Source: Anabaena sp. CCY 0017 (GTDB lineage Bacteria; Cyanobacteriota; Cyanobacteriia; Cyanobacteriales; Nostocaceae). From it: a stretch of 64,000 nt of DNA. Numbering within the stretch: the first letter of the stretch is position 1; every line of letters begins with the position of its first letter. A model generated the notes under the pieces. The model saw only the letters and a program-made list of their open reading frames with translations, was not told where the DNA came from and did not search any database. The translations under genes were made by a program, and so were the position numbers. This document shows positions 1-8,019 of the stretch, piece by piece. The stretch is from the NCBI RefSeq assembly GCF_963920885.1, contig NZ_CAWUDG010000023.1:1-64000 (forward strand), given 5' to 3'.

Positions 1-559
1 TCTAACAAACATTTTCTCTTAAGTTTTTTTGGGTAATTTATTATTTGGAAGTCCCTAGTATGAAAATTCGGGTTTTGTAGCGAAGGTTACTAGCTGCCCC
101 TCAACAGAAATCTTTTACCGCAGCAGGTGATAATTTGTAGCCAATTTATTAAAACGGGTGTAGAGTAGTTGAGATCGTTTATATTATCCTCACCTTTAAA
201 GCATCCATCTATGGATAGAAAAACCAAACGCCTGTTGTTGCTTGTTTTTTCCTGTAGTCTAACTGGTGTAATTCTCGGTGGTACGTCAAGTTGGGCAGAA
301 AGCAATCGTTGCTTGCAATCCGAAACAGTAACGAGCAATTGTATACAACAAAATCCCATAGAAAAAACTATACAAGGCATGAGTACAGGTTTAGTAGCAG
401 GCGTAGGTGCGGCTGGCGGTGCAGCCTGGAATGTCCGTCATGAAGATTAATTTGTAAGACAGCATCCCTATTTTCGATAAAATTTGAGCAACGCCCAGGC
501 GTTGCTCTGTTCTTGGAAACAGTGGCTTCTAACCTGTAGGCATTTTTGCCCAAACAGGG

Positions 560-1300
560 TTAAAAAGTATAATTTCGCTCGCGCACCCACAAACTAACGG
601 GTACAGCATTACCTTGAGGATCGACTTTGACTCTCACCGTAATTGGTCGGATTTGTCTACCTCTATTTCTTCTAGTTTGCTGGACGCTTTGGAAGATATC
701 GTTACTAATTTGCTGCCGTTGCTGTTCTGGAAGATAGTATGTTTCTATTCCATAGGTAATGGCATTATCTTCATATACCCCTCTCAAAGCCACTTGATTA
801 CTGGGAAGAGATTCAGGCAGATTGTTACTCACTCTGACTGGTCTCCAAGCGCTGGGAACACCACGACCAGACGAAATTCGTTGCTCTTGCAAAATCACGT
901 ACAAGTTGGTTCCTGATAGCAGTTGTCTGTTTCTCCCCTGATTTCTCCTGAGTAAATCATCCCAACCGGAAAGTCTTCGCAAATTTTCCACACGGGATAT
1001 GTTGTATTCCAGTGTTAGAGAAAACTCCTGAACAACATTATTTGGGTCTTGAGCCACTGTTTGCAGAATTACATCCCTACCCGCGATATTAGTATACATT
1101 GCTTGGGTAGGAACTGCGAGAATTATTCCTGTTTGAATTAACAGAGGAACTAATAACCGCCAAAAAGGTATCGGTTTGTTCGCTTTTTGTTCAGTAGCAA
1201 TGAGGTAATCTCGAAAAGTCAGCTTTTCGGAGAATTCCACTTCTGGGGATAATGTTTTAAATGATTTATTTCCACTCGATTCAGAGGAATTACTTTTCAT
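560..1300 (-). CDS. GDYXXLXY-domain protein (predicted periplasmic or membrane-associated)
   Basis: 246-aa ORF with an N-terminal TM/signal segment. The C-terminal motif 'ITYGIETYYLPE' resembles the GDYXXLXY signature. It lies immediately downstream of a DUF2157-like polytopic membrane protein, which is the usual gene neighbourhood for this family. Confidence 0.5.
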   Translation of the reverse strand: MKSNSSESSGNKSFKTLSPEVEFSEKLTFRDYLIATEQKANKPIPFWRLLVPLLIQTGIILAVPTQAMYTNIAGRDVILQTVAQDPNNVVQEFSLTLEYNISRVENLRRLSGWDDLLRRNQGRNRQLLSGTNLYVILQEQRISSGRGVPSAWRPVRVSNNLPESLPSNQVALRGVYEDNAITYGIETYYLPEQQRQQISNDIFQSVQQTRRNRGRQIRPITVRVKVDPQGNAVPVSLWVRERNYTF

Positions 1301-1547
1301 GAGCGTAGTCCTAAAATGAAGGGTGATTTTTCACAAATGTGCCTGGTTAAAATACCAGAATTAGGACTGACGCAGAGATCCTCTAAAAAGGGGGAAGTAC
1401 AGAGATTTTACCAATTACTATAGGTCAACGGAAAAAAGTTCCCCATTTGAAATGCTCAAACCCTTACAGAACTGTAATTACGAATTACGTAAAGCCTGCG
1501 GCCTAGCTGCGCTTAGAGCGTAGCTCTCCCAACGGGAGCATTACTAA

Positions 1548-2969
1548 CTACGAATTAGATCCCACAGGTCGGCGACGTTCAAACCACAGTCCGGCGCTAA
1601 TTAATGCTGAACCGCATAAAACAAAGACCAGTGAACGAAAAAGGATGTCAGTGTCGTATTCTAGCACGCGGCTAATAATTTGCAGTGTTAGTAATAGCAT
1701 ACCGCCCCAGAAGGAATTTCTGTTATTTAACTTTAATCCTTCTCGGATTAGCCCTGATGCCAAAAATGCCAACAGTACATTGAAGATGAAACTGCCTAAT
1801 TCATCAATGCGCGTGATAGCTAGATGCCAGAAAGGTGTAATGATGATGAAAGCCAAGAAGGTGGTAACAACAGCAAGAGTGAAAATTATCTCCCGGCGAG
1901 GAGGGTTATTTCTCAGCCGCAGCAGCGACAACCATTGTAATACTGCTAAACCACTGAGGACTCCTAAATCGATCACAGGCAGAGACATGAACAGGTTGTT
2001 TGTGTTATTTGGCACAAAAGAATTAAAGGCTGGGGCTACCCATTGCCAACGAAAAGATAAGGCATAAAACACCAGTCCAAAAAATATTAAGGCTAGGTTA
2101 CGGGCAAGAGGTTGAAATAACCTGTAATTAACTGTCGGGAACAGCAAATCGTCGTAACTCCAGAATAGTGCCGGCGGTAGTGCGAAAGCAAAAGATGCCA
2201 CCCAAGGAGCCATATTAGAGTAATTCAGCAGTGGTAGAGGATTGAGATTCAACTGCAAAGTACCAGCAAAAACTAAGGCTGCTAAGGCGAAAATCCAGCG
2301 CGAGCGACAAAAGTATGCTAAGGGTACAAAGAGTAACCATGATAACAAGGGCATATGTCGCACTAGCAAACGAACCCAGTTTAAGTCGCCTGGAGAAAAT
2401 GACAAATCTCCTCTTCCCATCCAATACCCGATTTGAATGAGGATAATGGCCATAAATCCCAGGGAACTTAAAGACAGACTGTAAGCCATAGCCAAAACAC
2501 CAAATCCCCAAGCAAAAAACAGTTCGGGCATGGAACCGTTAATGTTAAAAGCTTGTGCCATCAGAACTATGTTTGCGCCTAAAATGAAAGCGCTTAAAAT
2601 TAGTAAACTTTCTCCCAGGATGCGTTTGCCTTGTTGCTGTTTATTCTTTTCGTTGTTGCCTGATTTAGCTTGGTTCCATGTAGAAAAACCAGTGATACTT
2701 GTTGAGAGAAACAAACTCATCATCAGGATAAATTTGACTTCTCGTGACCATGTTTGCCAGTTGGCTGCTACAAAGGTAAGTATACCTAAACACAAAAGGA
2801 TACTACCTATAGAAACCACTACTACCACAAAGCGATCGCGTGCAGCAGCTTCTAGGTTATTAAATCGATAACGTTGTCCGAGGTCTTCGTATTGCGAAGC
2901 ACTAATGAGTCCTTCATCTCGCCACAATTGCGCTTCTCGGCGTAATTTCTGGGGAAAATCATCTAACAT
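1548..2969 (-). CDS. polytopic integral membrane protein, DUF2157/DUF4401-like
   Basis: 473-aa ORF with a charged N-terminus (LRREAQLWRDEGLIS...) followed by at least 10 hydrophobic helices. It is paired with the GDYXXLXY gene downstream. Its length is compatible with a DUF2157+DUF4401 fusion. Confidence 0.5.
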   Translation of the reverse strand: MLDDFPQKLRREAQLWRDEGLISASQYEDLGQRYRFNNLEAAARDRFVVVVVSIGSILLCLGILTFVAANWQTWSREVKFILMMSLFLSTSITGFSTWNQAKSGNNEKNKQQQGKRILGESLLILSAFILGANIVLMAQAFNINGSMPELFFAWGFGVLAMAYSLSLSSLGFMAIILIQIGYWMGRGDLSFSPGDLNWVRLLVRHMPLLSWLLFVPLAYFCRSRWIFALAALVFAGTLQLNLNPLPLLNYSNMAPWVASFAFALPPALFWSYDDLLFPTVNYRLFQPLARNLALIFFGLVFYALSFRWQWVAPAFNSFVPNNTNNLFMSLPVIDLGVLSGLAVLQWLSLLRLRNNPPRREIIFTLAVVTTFLAFIIITPFWHLAITRIDELGSFIFNVLLAFLASGLIREGLKLNNRNSFWGGMLLLTLQIISRVLEYDTDILFRSLVFVLCGSALISAGLWFERRRPVGSNS

Positions 2970-3089
2970 TTATGACCATCTCCTGTACAGTGGGTTAGCT
3001 GAAAAATCATGATCAGAATGGCGGTCATTAGACTTTCAGTATGCAGCCAAACCCCTGAATAGCATTGTTCTTCTGTAACAGTTTTACTA

Positions 3090-4070
3090 ATGGAAAAACC
3101 ATCAAATTTATTACTTAAACTCTCCCGGCGTTTGTTTGAAAACCCTGATAAACAAGAAGATTTTATTGATGCGTTAATTAATCCTCAACCTTTTAATCCG
3201 GCTATTCTTTGGTGTCAAAATCAGCCAGAATTGTTGCCTTTTACCGTGGAATCACCAACGAAATGGCAACCAGATTTTGTCAATCGTTTATTATTAGGAG
3301 AAAAGCCCGGTAAGCATCCCCTACATCAAGAAGGTTATTTTTATTGTTTAGATTTTTCTTCTATATTTGCAGCTTCAGTTTTGTTAACAATTCCTCAGCC
3401 AGTCCGGTTAGTTTTTGATATGTGTGCTTCCCCTGGCGGTAAGAGTGTTTTCGCCTGGAAAGCTTTGCAACCTGATTTACTGATTAGCAATGAAGTTATT
3501 GGCAAACGTTTAGGGATGCTAATATCTAATCTTAAACGCTGTCAAATTAGCCCTTGCACTGTAGTTAATCGAGATTCTAGTATTTTTGCCGAAAATATTC
3601 CCTTCTCTAGTGATTTAGTTATAGTAGATGCTCCTTGTACTGGGCAATCTTTACTAGCTAAAGGGGAAAAAGCACCAGGATGTTTTCATCCCACGGCTAT
3701 TAATAGAAGTGCTAATCGCCAAAAAAGAATTATAGCTAACTCTGCTAAATTAGTTGCACCACAAGGATATCTGGCTTATATGACTTGTACTTACTCTGCT
3801 GAGGAAAATGAGCAGGTTTGTGAATGGTTTTTGTCAAAGTTTCCTCAGTTTCAAGCAGTGAAAATTACTTATTTAAATGAATATCAGTCCCACTTAAGTA
3901 ATATTCCTTGTTATCGGCTTTTTCCCCAAGACAGACTGGGTGCGGGTGCGTTTACGGTGCTTTTGCAAAATACTGAAGTTGGTAAAGCACAAGAAATAAA
4001 TTTAGATGATTTGTCTGGGGTTTGGATGAATACGAACCACAGAGGCGCAGAGAACGCAGAGAATTTTTAA
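3090..4070 (+). CDS. RsmB/RsmF (NOP2/Sun) family RNA m5C methyltransferase
   Basis: SAM-binding motif DMCASPGGKS. Catalytic motifs IVDAPCTGQS (motif IV Pro-Cys) and YMTCTYSAEENE (motif VI Thr-Cys). There is no N-terminal NusB domain, so it is RsmF-like. Confidence 0.8.
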   Translation: MEKPSNLLLKLSRRLFENPDKQEDFIDALINPQPFNPAILWCQNQPELLPFTVESPTKWQPDFVNRLLLGEKPGKHPLHQEGYFYCLDFSSIFAASVLLTIPQPVRLVFDMCASPGGKSVFAWKALQPDLLISNEVIGKRLGMLISNLKRCQISPCTVVNRDSSIFAENIPFSSDLVIVDAPCTGQSLLAKGEKAPGCFHPTAINRSANRQKRIIANSAKLVAPQGYLAYMTCTYSAEENEQVCEWFLSKFPQFQAVKITYLNEYQSHLSNIPCYRLFPQDRLGAGAFTVLLQNTEVGKAQEINLDDLSGVWMNTNHRGAENAENF

Positions 4071-4238
4071 ATGAATTAACCACAGATGTACACAGAATTT
4101 AGTCAGGCGCATCTGTGGCTATACCAGCTATCAGACAGAATATGTATAAGTAAACTTATGGTTATTCATAGAGAAAACAGGGGTAACTTTGAGTAAAATT
4201 ACTGAAGTACATTACTGAGATTTAATCTTAAAATATAC

Positions 4239-6722
4239 TTGGATATTTATGGATATTTAATCATGTCAGAAGTGCCTACTCAGTGCCAAAATTTAGCAGA
4301 ACAAGTTGAGTCTATATTAGAACTTTTACAGCAAGAACCATCTTTACGGTCTCAAGATATTACACCTGTGCGGACTTCTTTAGGAAAAGTTATTTCTCCA
4401 AAGTTTGAAATTGTGTTTGCTGGTGCATTTAGTGCGGGTAAGTCAATGTTGATTAATGCACTACTAGAACGGGAGTTATTATATAGTGCAGAAGGACACG
4501 CTACAGGTACAGAATGCAAAATTGAATATGCAGAAATAAATGCAGAACGGGTTGTTTTAACATTTTTAAGTGAAGTAGAAATTCGCGAACAAGCTAGTTT
4601 TTTATGTCAACAGTTGGGAGTTAAAACAGCCGTTAATATCAATGAAGCTGAAATAGTTAATGTCTTGCGTCAAGGTTGTCAGGGTATTATTCAGCACGAA
4701 GGTGGGGAAAGTAGATCGGAACGCGCAAAGCAAGCGCAGGCTTTAATATTGCTGCTGGATGGTTATGAGGCGAATCGCCAACATATTCATACTATGAATA
4801 ATGCCACATATTCGATGGAGGAATTTAATTTTTCTAATCTCAAGGAAGCGGCTGGCTATGCGAGACGTGGTAGTAATAGCGCTGTTTTAAAGAGAATTGA
4901 ATATTACTGCAACCATCACCTTTTAAAGGATGGTAATGTCATTATCGACACACCAGGAATTGATGCGCCAGTAGAGAAGGATGCACAGTTAACTTACGCC
5001 AAAATTCAACATCCTGATACATCGGCGGTGGTGTGTGTGTTGAAACCTGCTTCTGGTGGTGATATGACGAAGGAAGAAACGCAACTGTTAGAAAAAATGC
5101 GAGACAATGCGGGAATACGCGATCGCATCTTCTACACCTTCAACCGCATTGACGAAACTTGGTATAATACCCAATTAAGGCAGCGTTTAGATGATTTAAT
5201 TAGCAGCCAGTTTCGGGATACGAGTAGGGTTTATAAAACCAGTGGATTACTAGGATTTTACGGGAGTCAAATTAAACAGACAAGTATCCAGGATAGATTC
5301 GGTTTAGATTCGATTTTTGCAGAGAGTATTAAAAGTCTGGATGGTACAGAAGAAACCCCGCAATTTATTCATGAGTTTAATAAATACTGTATCTCCGGTA
5401 AACTTGCACAAACTCAGTTCAACATTTACTTCAATAATGACACTCCCAATAAAAATTATGTGCGGATTTTATCTGAACATGGAACGCCTTTAATTAATCA
5501 GCTAATTCGAGATAGCGGTATTGAGGAATTCAGCACAGCTATTACTAAATATTTAGTAGAAGAAAAGCGTCCACAGCTTTTTAAAACCCTGGCTGATGAT
5601 TTGCAAGAAATTTGTATTAAATTGAAAAAATATTATCAAGATGAGCAAAGAGATTTAGATAGTCAACCACGAGAAATTGAGGCGATGAAGGCGCAAGAGT
5701 TGCAACGCCTGAATCAGCAATTACAGCAAGTAGGAAAAGATTTTGACGAGCATATCAAAGATGAAGTCAACGAAATAATTAATAATTCCTGTGATAGTTT
5801 TGAGTCCGATTTTCGATTACTACAATCACGGATGATTCGACGTTTAGATGAGTTGGTAGATACTTTTTCTGCAAGTGATGCTTATCAACGTTCTACTCGC
5901 AGTCATCCCCGGAATTCAACTGCGCCTTTACTAGCTGTTTTAGTAGAAGCATTATACTATTTAGCAAATGAATTAGAAGATGTTTTGATAGATGCTTCCC
6001 AGGAATTAGTTGCTAATTTGTTTCGGCAATTAATGGAAAAGATTCGCCAATCAGAATACTATCGTCAATTGTATCGCTTGTTAGGTAATGATGGCGGCAT
6101 TGAACAAAAGGTAAAAACTGTAGAAAAAATAGTGTCTCAGGTTTTAACAAGTGATGCTAGTGTAGAGTGCGATCGCTTCGTGAAAGAAAGTCATAGATTT
6201 TATGATGAAGGTACTTTTTCTATCTATCAATTTCGCCAAACTTTGCTGCAAACCTCCCAAGGTTATGACTCCCAAAGCATAGTAGAAGCAGAACCAGCAA
6301 TTAGACAATTGTTAAAGTTAGATTTTGAACCAAAGGTGAAGAAAACAATTCGCCAAACCTTCCGCCAAACTATCAACCAAACTATCAACACTCAGTTGTT
6401 ACCAATGGCGGAACAACAAGCCGATGATATTTTGCAGCAGTACCCCCAAGCACGTGCTTACTTAGAGAAAACTTTGCAAGAAGAAGCTGAAGATAAAATT
6501 ATCAAGAATCAACGTTTATTGAGTGTTATTGAACAAAAAGTAGCAGATTATAATTCCGCAGTTTCACACGTTAATAATTGCTTAGAATCCATGCAATTGT
6601 ATAAGCATTTATTACCTGTAATTGGTAATGACGATATTCAACCACTTGTAACCGATGCAGAAGTTGTGGAATTTGCCAATAAAGATGTTTATATTGCTGA
6701 TAGTTTAGTCGGGAATATATAG
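4239..6722 (+). CDS. bacterial dynamin-like GTPase (DLP1)
   Basis: 827 aa. G1 P-loop GAFSAGKSMLINALL, G3 IIDTPGIDAP, G4 FNRID. A long helical neck/trunk region (coiled-coil-like, Q/E/L rich) follows the GTPase domain. The architecture matches BDLP-type dynamins. Confidence 0.8.
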   Translation: MDIYGYLIMSEVPTQCQNLAEQVESILELLQQEPSLRSQDITPVRTSLGKVISPKFEIVFAGAFSAGKSMLINALLERELLYSAEGHATGTECKIEYAEINAERVVLTFLSEVEIREQASFLCQQLGVKTAVNINEAEIVNVLRQGCQGIIQHEGGESRSERAKQAQALILLLDGYEANRQHIHTMNNATYSMEEFNFSNLKEAAGYARRGSNSAVLKRIEYYCNHHLLKDGNVIIDTPGIDAPVEKDAQLTYAKIQHPDTSAVVCVLKPASGGDMTKEETQLLEKMRDNAGIRDRIFYTFNRIDETWYNTQLRQRLDDLISSQFRDTSRVYKTSGLLGFYGSQIKQTSIQDRFGLDSIFAESIKSLDGTEETPQFIHEFNKYCISGKLAQTQFNIYFNNDTPNKNYVRILSEHGTPLINQLIRDSGIEEFSTAITKYLVEEKRPQLFKTLADDLQEICIKLKKYYQDEQRDLDSQPREIEAMKAQELQRLNQQLQQVGKDFDEHIKDEVNEIINNSCDSFESDFRLLQSRMIRRLDELVDTFSASDAYQRSTRSHPRNSTAPLLAVLVEALYYLANELEDVLIDASQELVANLFRQLMEKIRQSEYYRQLYRLLGNDGGIEQKVKTVEKIVSQVLTSDASVECDRFVKESHRFYDEGTFSIYQFRQTLLQTSQGYDSQSIVEAEPAIRQLLKLDFEPKVKKTIRQTFRQTINQTINTQLLPMAEQQADDILQQYPQARAYLEKTLQEEAEDKIIKNQRLLSVIEQKVADYNSAVSHVNNCLESMQLYKHLLPVIGNDDIQPLVTDAEVVEFANKDVYIADSLVGNI

Positions 6723-6773
6723 CCTTTTTCATCGTATAGCTATTTATCTCGTCTTCTGTTTGTACAACATACA

Positions 6774-6804
6774 GATCCCCGACTTCTTGAAGAAGTCGGG
6801 GATC
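6774..6804 (+). terminator. perfect 14-bp stem / 3-nt loop hairpin downstream of DLP1
   Basis: GATCCCCGACTTCT-tga-AGAAGTCGGGGATC lies 52 nt after the DLP1 stop. No U-tract follows it, so it may be a Rho-independent-like terminator or a regulatory palindrome. Confidence 0.4.
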
Positions 6805-6842
6805 TAAGCCTCTCGCTTGTGCCAAATCAACGAGGGTAATTC

Positions 6843-7088
6843 ATGAATAAAACGCCCCGCATTCCTATCCCGCCTTCAGTGAGAAAATATGTCTTTGAAC
6901 GTGACAAATACCAATGTCAAAGCTGCGGTAAAACCAAGTTAGAAACTAACTTGACAATTGATCATATCATTCCTCTAGCCCGTGGCGGTCAAAACGATAT
7001 GAGCAACTTACACACCCTCTGCTTTACTTGTAACCAGCAAAAAACCGATAAAATTGACCCGCGATTCCGGCGACATTTTCAGGATTAG
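6843..7088 (+). CDS. stand-alone HNH endonuclease (81 aa)
   Basis: A CxxC...CxxC zinc-finger frames an HNH core: 'CQSCGK...DHIIPLARGGQNDMSNLHTLCFTCN'. Confidence 0.75.
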   Translation: MNKTPRIPIPPSVRKYVFERDKYQCQSCGKTKLETNLTIDHIIPLARGGQNDMSNLHTLCFTCNQQKTDKIDPRFRRHFQD

Positions 7089-7245
7089 ACATTTCCCAAC
7101 AATCCCATTTACTTTGTGCTACATTGAGTAATGAGGCGTAATACACAGGCTTTGTTATGGTTTGGGTTCTGTATACCCAACTGGCGCGCCAACCACTGGA
7201 TTGACCGTGTACTACAAAGTAACCTGTAACGTCACACATAAACCC

Positions 7246-7317
7246 AAGGAGTTAGCTCACTGGTAGAGCAATCGACTAGAAATCGATGTGTTACAGGTTC
7301 GATTCCTGTACTTTTTA
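7246..7317 (+). tRNA. tRNA-like gene with canonical cloverleaf but anomalous anticodon loop CUAGAAA (anticodon AGA); possible pseudo-tRNA or orphan tRNA
   Basis: Folded by hand. Acceptor AAGGAGU/ACUUUUU with G3·U70 and G4·U69 wobbles. U8, D-arm GCUC-ACUGGUA-GAGC (A14, G18G19). Anticodon arm AUCGA-CUAGAAA-UCGAU (U33 and A37 present). 5-nt variable loop. T-arm ACAGG-UUCGAUU-CCUGU. Discriminator A73. CCA is not encoded. Confidence 0.45.
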
Positions 7318-7742
7318 CCCACCCTTCCAAGGTGAAAACACAAACCTGAAAAGGTTACTAGAAACTCTGTAATGTAGGCTTACTAGCGCTCATCACTTGT
7401 GGTGTTCGGTAGTAGCAGTGAAGAAGCCAGCGCCAATTTTCTCTCCCTGACTTGAGTCTGTCCCTTCGGTTTCCCTATCCAGAGTTCTGGAACTGGCTAC
7501 CTGAACGGCAGATTTGAGGGTTGTTGTCTGTTTCTAGATTACCCAAGGGTAGTTTAGGAATAAGTACCAGCCTTCTTAATCCAGTTTTGGATGTGACATT
7601 TGCCCGCAACTGAACTGTAAAAACCTACATTTGCAGAGTTTTAAAATTTAATGTAGTATGTGTAGTATTAAGGCAAAAGTTATCTGCTAATTAAGTTATT
7701 GGCACTAATGCCTGATAACGGGAGCATCCCACTTTTTTAGCC

Positions 7743-7960
7743 CGTCATTGCGTTCGCGTAGCGTGGCTTTAGCCATACGTAACGAAGTAGAGTGAAGCAA
7801 TCGCAAAATCTTTCACTAAGAACGAGTCCATGCGATTGCTGAGTCGCAAGGCGACACGCTACGCGGTAAGCGTTCGCGTTAGCGTGCCGGAGGCTCTAGC
7901 TATGCCGAAGGCTTTACGTCGTTCCTCCTCTCTGCGAGACGCTACGCGAACGCAATGACA
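7743..7960. repeat. compound palindromic short dispersed repeat (GTCATTGCG...CGCAATGAC family)
   Basis: Terminal inverted repeats TCATTGCGTTCGCGTAGCG / CGCTACGCGAACGCAATGA, with internal CGCGTAGCG-type sub-palindromes. It shares GAAGCAATCGCAA and ATGCGATTGCT cores with the element at 59298-59397. Confidence 0.6.
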
Positions 7961-8019
7961 ATATTATTCTTCTACTGAGGAATAAAAACTGGGATGCACC
8001 CCTGATAACTCCTTTACCT

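Noticed and set aside
1645-2871. Internal/antisense ORFs inside large genes (for example 1645-2067, 2530-2871, 30737-31285, 47534-48269, 50931-51674, 60325-60685)
   Set aside because: They are frame-shifted or antisense shadows of long, motif-supported CDSs, with skewed low-complexity composition.
4040-4130. STRR-like tandem heptamer array at the rsmF 3' end (CAGAGGCGCAGAGAACGCAGAGAA)
   Set aside because: There are only about 2.5 imperfect units, and they lie within coding sequence. A nearby 9-bp inverted repeat (CCACAGATG/CATCTGTGG) was noted, but its loop is too long for a confident terminator call.
7276-7282. Idea that the tRNA-like gene is an amber suppressor for the in-frame TAG in DLP2
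   Set aside because: In the only canonical fold, CUA occupies loop positions 32-34. The anticodon (positions 34-36) is AGA, so it would not read UAG.
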